From the NCBI RefSeq assembly GCF_003018255.1, contig NZ_CP027440.1: DNA of 64,000 nucleotides. One strand, written 5' to 3'. Under the pieces are notes generated by a model that was not told the DNA's origin, searched no databases, and saw only the letters and a list, made by a program, of their open reading frames with translations. The DNA is from Escherichia coli. GTDB taxonomy: Bacteria; Pseudomonadota; Gammaproteobacteria; Enterobacterales; Enterobacteriaceae. Position numbers and translations under genes: made by a program. Below, one piece after another: positions 1 to 8,980 of this stretch (the stretch's first letter is position 1; each line of letters opens with the position of its first letter).

Positions 1-1
1 T

Positions 2-1426
2 CAAACACCACGTAATTTATCGATTATTAGTCCAACAGGGCTTGGCGATCGCGCCGACCGTGGTATTAGTCCGCTGGCGCAAGAAGGCCTGGTGAAATGG
101 GCATTATGCGGTCACTGGGGACAATCGCCGCGTATTTCTGATCTCGCAGAACAAAATAAAATTATTGCTTATAACTATCCACAAGGTGTACTTACACAAA
201 CCTTACGCGCCGCCGCAGCCCACCAGCCTGGTATTATTAGTGATATTGGCATCGGAACATTTGTCGATCCACGCCAGCAAGGCGGCAAACTGAATGAAGT
301 CACTAAAGAAGACCTGATTAAACTGGTCGAGTTTGATAACAAAGAATATCTCTATTACAAAGCGATAGCGCCAGATATCGCCTTCATTCGCGCTACCACC
401 TGCGACAGCGAAGGCTACGCCACTTTTGAAGATGAGGTGATGTATCTCGACGCATTGGTTATTGCTCAGGCGGTGCACAATAACGGCGGTATTGTGATGA
501 TGCAGGTGCAGAAAATGGTTAAGAAAGCCACGCTGCATCCTAAATCTGTCCGTATTCCGGGTTATCTGGTGGATATTGTGGTGGTCGATCCGGATCAAAC
601 CCAACTGTATGGCGGAGCGCCGGTTAACCGCTTTATTTCTGGTGACTTCACCCTTGATGACAGCACCAAACTTAGCCTGCCCCTAAACCAACGTAAATTA
701 GTTGCACGGCGTGCATTATTCGAAATGCGCAAAGGCGCAGTGGGGAATGTCGGCGTCGGTATTGCTGACGGCATTGGCCTGGTCGCCCGGGAAGAAGGTT
801 GTGCTGATGACTTTATTCTGACGGTAGAAACAGGTCCGATTGGCGGTATTACTTCACAGGGGATCGCCTTTGGCGCGAACGTGAATACCCGCGCCATTCT
901 GGATATGACGTCCCAGTTTGATTTTTATCACGGTGGTGGTCTGGATGTTTGTTATTTGAGTTTTGCTGAAGTCGACCAGCACGGTAACGTCGGCGTGCAT
1001 AAATTCAATGGTAAAATCATGGGCACCGGTGGATTTATTGATATCAGTGCCACTTCGAAGAAAATCGTTTTCTGCGGCACATTAACTGCGGGCAGTTTAA
1101 AAACAGAAATTACCGACGGCAAATTAAATATCGTCCAGGAAGGACGGGTGAAGAAATTTATTCGGGAACTACCAGAAATTACTTTTAGCGGAAAAATCGC
1201 GCTCGAGCGAGGGCTGGATGTTCGTTATATCACTGAGCGCGCCGTATTCACGCTGAAAGAAGACGGCCTGCATTTAATCGAAATCGCTCCTGGCGTCGAT
1301 TTACAAAAAGATATTCTCGACAAAATGGATTTCACCCCAGTGATTTCGCCAGAACTCAAACTGATGGACGAAAGATTATTTATCGATGCGGCGATGGGTT
1401 TTGTCCTGCCTGAAGCGGCTCATTAA
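2..1426 (+). CDS. ydiF: Short-chain acyl-CoA:acetate/acetoacetate CoA-transferase, fused alpha/beta subunit (5' end lies upstream of the window)
   Basis: Open frame from position 2 with no stop until TAA at 1424-1426; translation recognised as the C-terminal part of YdiF; gene continues upstream of the window. Confidence 0.85.
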   Translation, partial: QTPRNLSIISPTGLGDRADRGISPLAQEGLVKWALCGHWGQSPRISDLAEQNKIIAYNYPQGVLTQTLRAAAAHQPGIISDIGIGTFVDPRQQGGKLNEVTKEDLIKLVEFDNKEYLYYKAIAPDIAFIRATTCDSEGYATFEDEVMYLDALVIAQAVHNNGGIVMMQVQKMVKKATLHPKSVRIPGYLVDIVVVDPDQTQLYGGAPVNRFISGDFTLDDSTKLSLPLNQRKLVARRALFEMRKGAVGNVGVGIADGIGLVAREEGCADDFILTVETGPIGGITSQGIAFGANVNTRAILDMTSQFDFYHGGGLDVCYLSFAEVDQHGNVGVHKFNGKIMGTGGFIDISATSKKIVFCGTLTAGSLKTEITDGKLNIVQEGRVKKFIRELPEITFSGKIALERGLDVRYITERAVFTLKEDGLHLIEIAPGVDLQKDILDKMDFTPVISPELKLMDERLFIDAAMGFVLPEAAH

Positions 1427-1439
1427 CAGGAGTATAATG

Positions 1440-2591
1440 ATGGATTTTTCTTTAACTGAAGAACAAGAACTGCTGCTGGCCAGTATTCGCGAACTGATTA
1501 CGACTAACTTTCCGGAAGAGTATTTCCGCACCTGCGATCAAAACGGGACATACCCGCGTGAATTTATGCGGGCACTGGCGGATAACGGTATTTCCATGCT
1601 TGGCGTGCCGGAAGAATTTGGTGGTATCCCTGCGGATTACGTCACCCAAATGCTGGCGCTGATGGAAGTGTCAAAATGCGGTGCCCCGGCATTTTTGATC
1701 ACCAACGGTCAATGTATTCACAGTATGCGCCGTTTCGGTTCTGCAGAGCAGCTACGTAAAACGGCGGAAAGCACCCTGGAAACGGGTGATCCCGCCTATG
1801 CCCTGGCATTGACGGAACCAGGCGCAGGCTCAGATAACAACAGCGCCACCACCACTTACACGCGTAAAAACGGCAAGGTTTACATCAACGGCCAGAAAAC
1901 CTTTATTACCGGTGCGAAAGAGTACCCGTATATGCTGGTGCTGGCGCGCGATCCAGAACCGAAAGATCCGAAAAAGGCCTTCACCCTGTGGTGGGTCGAC
2001 TCCAGTAAGCCCGGCATTAAGATTAACCCGCTGCATAAAATCGGCTGGCATATGCTCAGCACCTGCAAAGTCTATCTCGACAACGTAGAGGTTGAAGAGA
2101 GCGACATGGTGGGCGAAGAAGGAATGGGTTTCCTCAATGTGATGTATAACTTTGAGATGGAGCGCCTGATCAACGCCGCGCGCAGCACCGGCTTTGCCGA
2201 GTGTGCCTTTGAAGATGCCGCCCGCTATGCCAACCAACGTATCGCTTTTGGTAAGCCCATTGGTCATAACCAGATGATCCAGGAAAAACTGGCGCTGATG
2301 GCGATTAAGATCGACAACATGCGCAACATGGTGTTGAAAGTGGCATGGCAAGCCGATCAGCATCAGTCACTGCGCACCAGCGCGGCGCTGGCAAAACTGT
2401 ACTGCGCACGTACCGCAATGGAAGTTATTGATGATGCGATTCAAATCATGGGCGGTCTGGGCTATACCGATGAGGCGCGCGTCTCTCGCTTCTGGCGTGA
2501 TGTCCGTTGTGAACGTATCGGCGGCGGTACAGACGAAATTATGATTTACGTAGCGGGTCGGCAGATCCTGAAAGATTATCAGAACAAATAA
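1440..2591 (+). CDS. ydiO: FAD-dependent acyl-CoA dehydrogenase (CaiA-like)
   Basis: ORF-track frame 1386..2591; start placed at ATG 1440 (MDFSLTEEQ...) 7 nt after a CAGGAG Shine-Dalgarno at 1427-1432, giving the remembered 383 aa; ATG 1437 is an alternative. Confidence 0.88.
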   Translation: MDFSLTEEQELLLASIRELITTNFPEEYFRTCDQNGTYPREFMRALADNGISMLGVPEEFGGIPADYVTQMLALMEVSKCGAPAFLITNGQCIHSMRRFGSAEQLRKTAESTLETGDPAYALALTEPGAGSDNNSATTTYTRKNGKVYINGQKTFITGAKEYPYMLVLARDPEPKDPKKAFTLWWVDSSKPGIKINPLHKIGWHMLSTCKVYLDNVEVEESDMVGEEGMGFLNVMYNFEMERLINAARSTGFAECAFEDAARYANQRIAFGKPIGHNQMIQEKLALMAIKIDNMRNMVLKVAWQADQHQSLRTSAALAKLYCARTAMEVIDDAIQIMGGLGYTDEARVSRFWRDVRCERIGGGTDEIMIYVAGRQILKDYQNK

Positions 2592-2633
2592 TCTGCAGGC
2601 GGCGCAGCTTCTTAACAAACTGCGCCGCCAGAT

Positions 2634-3545
2634 TTATCCGGCAAGACTTATCGGTTGAGGAAATTCAGATAAGATTTCTTGTTCCGCAAAACAGTTTTTA
2701 AATTGCCTGCGGTAATCGCTGGGCGAACAGCCGACATGGCGCAAAAACAGTTTGGCAAAGTGATCGACATTTTCATAACCCACACGCCAGGAGATCTCTG
2801 CCTGTGATAATTCAGTATTAGTGAGTGACCATTTCGCTTCCGTCATACGCCGTTGAATAACATAGTTAATAGGGGAAATGCGATACTCTTTGGTAAATTC
2901 ATGGCAAATATAACTGACGCTGGCACGAAACTTTTTCGATAACTGCTCTAAAGTGATTTTTTCGCGATAATTATTATTCAGATAGAAAAGAATATCTTTT
3001 ATCAGAACATCTTTTTTAATATACCCCTGCTCCGAACGATAAGCATTTTTAAAGTTTTCATAGTAAAGAATTGCTAACGTATAGGCAAATGCGTCCCATA
3101 ACGAAGATGTTTGGCTATTTTTACTTTGCGGCAAAATCACACTTAGCTCATTAAATAAGGTTTTAATGACTTCTTTTCCCTGCCCTGCGGCAATTACCGG
3201 GCAAGAATGCGGTTGCAGTAGCTGATTTTCCTCAGCCCCCTGAAACTGAAAGCCGTACAGCGCACAGGTACACGTCGTTGCTGGATCGTTAACGTCAGAG
3301 GCCACCGCATGCAACCTGCCACGTTCTATCACCACAATGTCATCGGCATGCGCGACATATAACGAAGAATCGATGGTAAACCTTGCTACCCCTTTCTTGA
3401 CGTAAATCAACTCGGTTTCATTGTCATGAACGTGATGTCCGGACTCCCATTTTGGATCATCGCTAAATGCAAAACGTGAAAGCCGTGGCGTTTTACCGGC
3501 GACAAACAGCGTTTCGCTGGCGTTATCAAAACAGCGTTGATACAT
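2634..3545 (-). CDS. ydiP: AraC/XylS-family transcriptional regulator
   Basis: 303-aa ORF; C-terminal helix-turn-helix region typical of AraC family; convergent with ydiO and divergent from ydiQ. Confidence 0.88.
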   Translation of the reverse strand: MYQRCFDNASETLFVAGKTPRLSRFAFSDDPKWESGHHVHDNETELIYVKKGVARFTIDSSLYVAHADDIVVIERGRLHAVASDVNDPATTCTCALYGFQFQGAEENQLLQPHSCPVIAAGQGKEVIKTLFNELSVILPQSKNSQTSSLWDAFAYTLAILYYENFKNAYRSEQGYIKKDVLIKDILFYLNNNYREKITLEQLSKKFRASVSYICHEFTKEYRISPINYVIQRRMTEAKWSLTNTELSQAEISWRVGYENVDHFAKLFLRHVGCSPSDYRRQFKNCFAEQEILSEFPQPISLAG

Positions 3546-3860
3546 GACAACCTCCCTATTCCATGAGCAAGCAAAAACAATATATGCCGGATAAAATACG
3601 GCGTGTATTGCGGTTATACAACCGTGTTTAGCGAGAGCTAAACAAGATTATTTACACTGAATGCAAGATTGTACGGTCATGGAATAACAACATTGCCGCA
3701 AATTGCACTTTTGTTTTAGCGATCGCATTTTTTTTGCAAGATTGTTGGCAAGGAAAACAGCTTGCTCCGTCGAAAACCCCGCACCGCTACCGCACACTAT
3801 TTTCAGGCCATTTTTACCTTCCATCGGAGATGGTTCCGTATGCGACTCACAGGAGAAATC

Positions 3861-4625
3861 ATGAAAATAATAACCTGCTTTAAGCTGGTGCCTGAAGAAC
3901 AGGACATTGTTGTCACTCCAGAATATACCCTGAATTTCGACAATGCCGACGCCAAAATCAGCCAGTTCGATCTCAATGCCATTGAAGCTGCAAGCCAGCT
4001 TGCAACAGATGACGATGAGATAGCCGCGCTGACCGTCGGCGGCTCTTTGTTGCAGAACTCGAAAGTGCGCAAAGACGTGCTATCCCGCGGGCCGCACAGC
4101 CTGTATATGGTGCAGGATGCACAACTTGAGCATGCACTGCCTCTCGATACCGCAAAGGCGCTGGCGACAGCAGTTGAAAAGATCGGCTTCGATTTACTGA
4201 TCTTTGGTGAAGGTTCCGGCGACCTTTATGCCCAGCAGGTTGGCTTGCTGGTCGGAGAAATTCTGCAACTTCCGGTGATTAATGCAGTGAGTGCCATTCA
4301 GCGTCAGGGCAATACACTGGTGATTGAACGCACGCTTGAAGATGATGTTGAAGTTATTGAACTCTCTGTTCCAGCCGTGCTCTGCGTCACCTCCGATATT
4401 AACGTACCACGTATTCCTTCGATGAAAGCCATCCTCGGCGCGGGTAAAAAACCGGTAAATCAGTGGCAGGCAAGTGATATTGGCTGGAGCCAGAGCGCAC
4501 CACTTGCTGAACTGACCGGCATTCGCGTACCGCCGCAAACAGAACGTAAGCACATCATTCTCGATAACGATTCGCCGGAGGCCATTGCCGAGCTGGCAGA
4601 ACATCTGAAGAAAGCCCTGAACTGA
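3861..4625 (+). CDS. ydiQ: Electron-transfer flavoprotein beta-subunit-like protein (FixA-like)
   Basis: ORF-track frame 3762..4625 trimmed to ATG 3861 (MKIITCFKLVPEE...) preceded by AGGAGA at 3851-3856; 254 aa. Confidence 0.9.
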   Translation: MKIITCFKLVPEEQDIVVTPEYTLNFDNADAKISQFDLNAIEAASQLATDDDEIAALTVGGSLLQNSKVRKDVLSRGPHSLYMVQDAQLEHALPLDTAKALATAVEKIGFDLLIFGEGSGDLYAQQVGLLVGEILQLPVINAVSAIQRQGNTLVIERTLEDDVEVIELSVPAVLCVTSDINVPRIPSMKAILGAGKKPVNQWQASDIGWSQSAPLAELTGIRVPPQTERKHIILDNDSPEAIAELAEHLKKALN

Positions 4626-4644
4626 AGCCTACGGAGAAGAAACG

Positions 4645-5583
4645 ATGAGTCAATTAAACAGCGTCTGGGTCTTTAGCGATAATCCTGAACGTTATGCTGA
4701 ACTGTTTGGCGGCGCTCAGCAATGGGGCCAACAGGTGTATGCCATTGTACAAAATACCGACCAGGCGCAGACAGTTATGCCTTATGGGCCAAAATGCATT
4801 TATGTTCTTGCGCAAAACGACGCGCTGCAACGTACTGAAAATTACGCCGAAAGCATTGCTGCCCTGCTGAAAGATAAACACCCTTCTATGTTGCTGCTGG
4901 CCGCGACGAAACGCGGTAAAGCTCTGGCTGCACGGTTAAGTGTGCAACTGAATGCGGCGCTGGTGAACGATGCCACTGCGGTGGATATTGTCGATGGTCA
5001 CATTTGCGCCGAACACCGGATGTATGGCGGGTTAGCGTTCGCACAGGAAAAGATCAATAGCCCGCTGGCGATCATTACCCTTGCGCCCGGTGTTCAGGAA
5101 CCGTGCACCAGTGATACCTCTAATCAGTGTCCGACAGAAACGGTACCTTATGTTGCCCCGCGTCATGAAATTCTCTGTCGCGAACGCCGTGCGAAAGCGG
5201 CAAGCAGCGTGGACCTGAGCAAAGCAAAACGTGTGGTTGGCGTCGGTCGTGGTCTGGCAGCGCAGGATGACCTGAAAATGGTCCACGAACTGGCGGCGGT
5301 GCTGAATGCTGAAGTCGGCTGTTCACGTCCAATTGCCGAAGGCGAGAACTGGATGGAGCGTGAACGTTATATCGGTGTCTCCGGCGTGTTGCTGAAATCC
5401 GATCTCTACCTGACGCTGGGGATCTCCGGGCAGATCCAGCATATGGTTGGCGGCAACGGCGCAAAAGTGATTGTCGCCATTAATAAAGATAAAAATGCGC
5501 CAATCTTCAACTATGCCGACTACGGTCTGGTGGGCGATATCTACAAAGTCGTCCCTGCCCTGATTAGCCAGTTGAGTCGCTGA
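4645..5583 (+). CDS. ydiR: Electron-transfer flavoprotein alpha-subunit-like protein (FixB-like)
   Basis: 312-aa ORF starting 20 nt after the ydiQ stop, preceded by GGAGAAG; EtfA-like C-terminal FAD-binding region. Confidence 0.9.
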   Translation: MSQLNSVWVFSDNPERYAELFGGAQQWGQQVYAIVQNTDQAQTVMPYGPKCIYVLAQNDALQRTENYAESIAALLKDKHPSMLLLAATKRGKALAARLSVQLNAALVNDATAVDIVDGHICAEHRMYGGLAFAQEKINSPLAIITLAPGVQEPCTSDTSNQCPTETVPYVAPRHEILCRERRAKAASSVDLSKAKRVVGVGRGLAAQDDLKMVHELAAVLNAEVGCSRPIAEGENWMERERYIGVSGVLLKSDLYLTLGISGQIQHMVGGNGAKVIVAINKDKNAPIFNYADYGLVGDIYKVVPALISQLSR

Positions 5584-5637
5584 TTCCCTTTCAACCACAT
5601 CTCCCGCTGTAAACGCAGCGGGAAGGGAGCATAACGC

Positions 5638-6927
5638 ATGTCGGATGACAAATTTGATGCCATTGTGGTCGGTGCGGGCGTTGCCGGTAGCGTTGCCGCA
5701 CTGGTCATGGCGCGAGCCGGGCTGGATGTCCTGGTGATAGAACGCGGCGACAGTGCCGGATGTAAAAACATGACCGGCGGGCGTCTTTATGCCCACACAC
5801 TTGACGCAATTATTCCAGGCTTTGCAGCATCAGCGCCGGTAGAACGCAAGGTCACACGCGAGAAAATCTCCTTCTTAACCGAAGAAAGCGCCGTTACCCT
5901 CGATTTTCACCGCGAGCAACCAGATGTTCCGCAACACGCGTCTTATACCGTATTGCGTAATCGTCTGGACCCGTGGTTGATGGAACAAGCCGAGCAGGCG
6001 GGCGCGCAGTTTATCCCGGGCGTACGCGTCGATGCACTGGTTCGTGAAGGAAACAAGGTCACTGGCGTCCAGGCCGGGGATGATATTCTCGAAGCGAATG
6101 TGGTGATTCTGGCTGATGGCGTTAACTCGATGCTTGGCCGCTCGCTGGGAATGGTTTCCGCTTCCGATCCGCATCATTACGCTGTTGGTGTTAAAGAGGT
6201 TATAGGCCTGACACCAGAACAGATCAACGATCGCTTTAATGTTACGGGCGAGGAAGGTGCCGCCTGGCTGTTTGCCGGTTCCCCTTCTGACGGCCTGATG
6301 GGCGGCGGATTCCTCTATACCAACAAAGATTCCGTATCGTTGGGGCTGGTTTGTGGATTGGGTGATATCGCCCATGCGCAAAAAAGTGTGCCGCAAATGC
6401 TGGAAGATTTTAAACAACACCCCGCCATTCGCCCGCTGATTAGCGGCGGCAAACTGCTTGAATACTCCGCGCATATGGTGCCGGAGGGCGGTCTGGCAAT
6501 GGTGCCGCAGCTGGTTAACGATGGCGTGATGATCGTTGGTGACGCCGCAGGCTTCTGCCTGAATTTGGGTTTTACGGTCCGCGGCATGGATTTAGCCATT
6601 GCATCGGCTCAGGCTGCCGCCACAACAGTGATCGCCGCCAAAGAACGCGCGGATTTCTCCGCCAGCAGTCTTGCGCAATACAAACGTGAGCTGGAACAAA
6701 GCTGCGTCATGCGTGATATGCAGCATTTTCGCAAGATCCCGGCGCTGATGGAAAACCCGCGCCTGTTTAGCCAATACCCACGAATGGTCGCCGACATCAT
6801 GAACGAGATGTTCACCATCGACGGCAAACCTAACCAACCGGTACGCAAAATGATCATGGGACACGCGAAGAAAATTGGACTGATCAACTTGCTGAAAGAT
6901 GGCATTAAGGGAGCAACCGCGCTATGA
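5638..6927 (+). CDS. ydiS: FAD-dependent oxidoreductase, FixC-like (Etf-quinone oxidoreductase family)
   Basis: 429-aa ORF; N-terminal dinucleotide-binding motif VVGAGVAGSVAA visible in the translation. Confidence 0.9.
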   Translation: MSDDKFDAIVVGAGVAGSVAALVMARAGLDVLVIERGDSAGCKNMTGGRLYAHTLDAIIPGFAASAPVERKVTREKISFLTEESAVTLDFHREQPDVPQHASYTVLRNRLDPWLMEQAEQAGAQFIPGVRVDALVREGNKVTGVQAGDDILEANVVILADGVNSMLGRSLGMVSASDPHHYAVGVKEVIGLTPEQINDRFNVTGEEGAAWLFAGSPSDGLMGGGFLYTNKDSVSLGLVCGLGDIAHAQKSVPQMLEDFKQHPAIRPLISGGKLLEYSAHMVPEGGLAMVPQLVNDGVMIVGDAAGFCLNLGFTVRGMDLAIASAQAAATTVIAAKERADFSASSLAQYKRELEQSCVMRDMQHFRKIPALMENPRLFSQYPRMVADIMNEMFTIDGKPNQPVRKMIMGHAKKIGLINLLKDGIKGATAL

Positions 6928-7217
6928 GCCAGAACGCTACGGTTAACGTCGACATCAAATTAGGCGTAAATAAATTCCATGTTGATGAGGGCCACCCGCA
7001 TATCATTCTGGCGGCAAATCCCGATATCAATGAATTCCGTAAATTAATGAAAGCCTGCCCTGCCGGACTTTATAAGCAGGATGACGCAGGAAACATTCAT
7101 TTCGATTCCGCCGGTTGTCTGGAGTGCGGCACCTGTCGGGTGCTGTGCGGCAACACTATTCTCGAACAGTGGCAATATCCCGCAGGCACCTTCGGTATTG
7201 AATTTCGCTACGGCTAA
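6924..7217 (+). CDS. ydiT: Ferredoxin-like protein, FixX-like
   Basis: 97-aa ORF whose ATG overlaps the ydiS stop (ATGA); cysteine cluster CLECGTCRVLC in the translation. Confidence 0.9.
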   Translation: MSQNATVNVDIKLGVNKFHVDEGHPHIILAANPDINEFRKLMKACPAGLYKQDDAGNIHFDSAGCLECGTCRVLCGNTILEQWQYPAGTFGIEFRYG

Positions 7218-7219
7218 TC

Positions 7220-8920
7220 ATGCATCCCACAGGCCCGCATCTCGGGCCTGATGTTCTGTTTCGAGAGTCCAAAATGAAAGTGACATTAACGTTCAACGAA
7301 CAACGTCGTGCGGCGTATCGTCAGCAAGGGTTATGGGGCGATGCTTCACTGGCCGATTACTGGCAGCAGACCGCTCGTGCGATGCCAGACAAAATTGCCG
7401 TGGTCGACAATCATGGTGCAACGTACACTTATAGCGCGCTCGATCACGCCGCGAGCTGTCTGGCAAACTGGATGTTAGCGAAGGGTATTGAATCAGGCGA
7501 TCGCATCGCATTTCAACTGCCAGGCTGGTGTGAATTTACCGTTATCTATCTTGCCTGCCTGAAAACCGGTGCGGTTTCCGTGCCGCTGTTGCCTTCCTGG
7601 CGAGAAGCAGAACTGGTGTGGGTGCTCAATAAGTGTCAGGCAAAAATGTTCTTTGCACCGACGTTGTTTAAACAAACGCGTCCGGTAGATTTAATCCTGC
7701 CGCTGCAAAATCAGCTTCCACAACTACAACAAATTGTCGGCGTGGACAAACTGGCTCCCGCCACCTCTGCTCTCTCATTAAGTCAGATTATCGCCGACAA
7801 TACTCCTCTGACCACGGCGATAACGGTCCACGGCGATGAATTAGCCGCGGTGCTGTTTACCTCCGGAACCGAGGGTCTGCCAAAGGGCGTGATGCTAACG
7901 CATAACAATATTCTCGCCAGTGAGCGGGCTTATTGCGCGCGGCTAAATCTGACCTGGCAGGATGTCTTTATGATGCCTGCGCCACTTGGTCACGCAACGG
8001 GCTTTCTGCATGGCGTAACAGCACCTTTTTTGATTGGTGCTCGCAGCGTGTTGTTAGATATTTTCACTCCTGCTGCGTGTCTCGCGCTGCTTGAGCAGCA
8101 GCGTTGCACCTGTATGCTCGGCGCAACGCCGTTTGTCTATGATCTTTTGAATTTACTGGAGAAACAGCCCGCAGACCTTTCAGCGCTGCGTTTCTTTCTT
8201 TGCGGCGGTACCACAATCCCCAAAAAAGTGGCGCGTGAATGCCAGCAGCGCGGCATTAAATTATTAAGTGTTTATGGTTCCACAGAAAGTTCGCCGCATG
8301 CGGTGGTGAATCTCGATGATCCTTTGTCGCGCTTTATACACACCGATGGTTACGCTGCCGCAGGTGTAGAGATTAAAGTGGTCGATGACGCACGCAAGAC
8401 TTTACCGCCAGGTTGCGAAGGTGAAGAAGCCTCGCGTGGCCCCAATGTGTTTATGGGGTATTTTGATGAACCTGAATTAACCGCCCGTGCGCTGGATGAA
8501 GAAGGCTGGTATTACAGCGGCGATCTCTGCCGCATGGATGAGGCTGGCTATATAAAAATAACCGGGCGCAAGAAAGATATTATTGTCCGCGGCGGCGAAA
8601 ATATTAGCAGCCGTGAAGTAGAAGATATTTTATTGCAGCATCCTAAAATTCACGATGCTTGTGTGGTTGCAATGCCCGATGAACGCTTAGGTGAACGTTC
8701 ATGCGCTTATGTCGTGCTGAAAGCACCGCATCATTCATTATCGCTGGAAGATGTAGTGGCATTTTTTAGCCGTAAACGGGTCGCGAAATATAAATATCCT
8801 GAACATATCGTGGTAATCGAAAAACTACCGCGCACAGCCTCAGGTAAAATACAAAAGTTTTTGTTAAGGAAAGATATTATGCGGCGATTAACTCAGGATG
8901 TCTGTGAAGAGATTGAATAA
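7220..8920 (+). CDS. fadK: Short/medium-chain acyl-CoA synthetase (AMP-forming)
   Basis: 566-aa ORF starting 2 nt after the ydiT stop; AMP-binding signature FTSGTEGLPKGV; an internal ATG at 7274 (MKVTLTF...) is an alternative start. Confidence 0.85.
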   Translation: MHPTGPHLGPDVLFRESKMKVTLTFNEQRRAAYRQQGLWGDASLADYWQQTARAMPDKIAVVDNHGATYTYSALDHAASCLANWMLAKGIESGDRIAFQLPGWCEFTVIYLACLKTGAVSVPLLPSWREAELVWVLNKCQAKMFFAPTLFKQTRPVDLILPLQNQLPQLQQIVGVDKLAPATSALSLSQIIADNTPLTTAITVHGDELAAVLFTSGTEGLPKGVMLTHNNILASERAYCARLNLTWQDVFMMPAPLGHATGFLHGVTAPFLIGARSVLLDIFTPAACLALLEQQRCTCMLGATPFVYDLLNLLEKQPADLSALRFFLCGGTTIPKKVARECQQRGIKLLSVYGSTESSPHAVVNLDDPLSRFIHTDGYAAAGVEIKVVDDARKTLPPGCEGEEASRGPNVFMGYFDEPELTARALDEEGWYYSGDLCRMDEAGYIKITGRKKDIIVRGGENISSREVEDILLQHPKIHDACVVAMPDERLGERSCAYVVLKAPHHSLSLEDVVAFFSRKRVAKYKYPEHIVVIEKLPRTASGKIQKFLLRKDIMRRLTQDVCEEIE

Positions 8921-8945
8921 GTTTCATCTTCGGGGATCACATAAA

Positions 8946-8980
8946 CCCGGCGACAAAACGCCGCCGGGGATTTATTTTAT
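8946..8980. terminator. Hairpin plus T-tract between convergent fadK and ppsA (candidate bidirectional terminator)
   Basis: Stem cccggcg (8946-8952) pairs with cgccggg (8962-8968), followed by tttattttatttc. Confidence 0.5.

Noticed and set aside
3762-3860. N-terminal extensions proposed by the ORF track (ydiQ 287 aa; likewise chbF 473 aa, astD 511 aa, ydjY 279 aa, ynjD 246 aa, ves 212 aa, ydjX 252 aa)
   Set aside because: Each extension overlaps the preceding gene or promoter and lacks a Shine-Dalgarno; internal ATGs with good ribosome-binding sites or operon-junction overlaps give lengths matching the recognised proteins.
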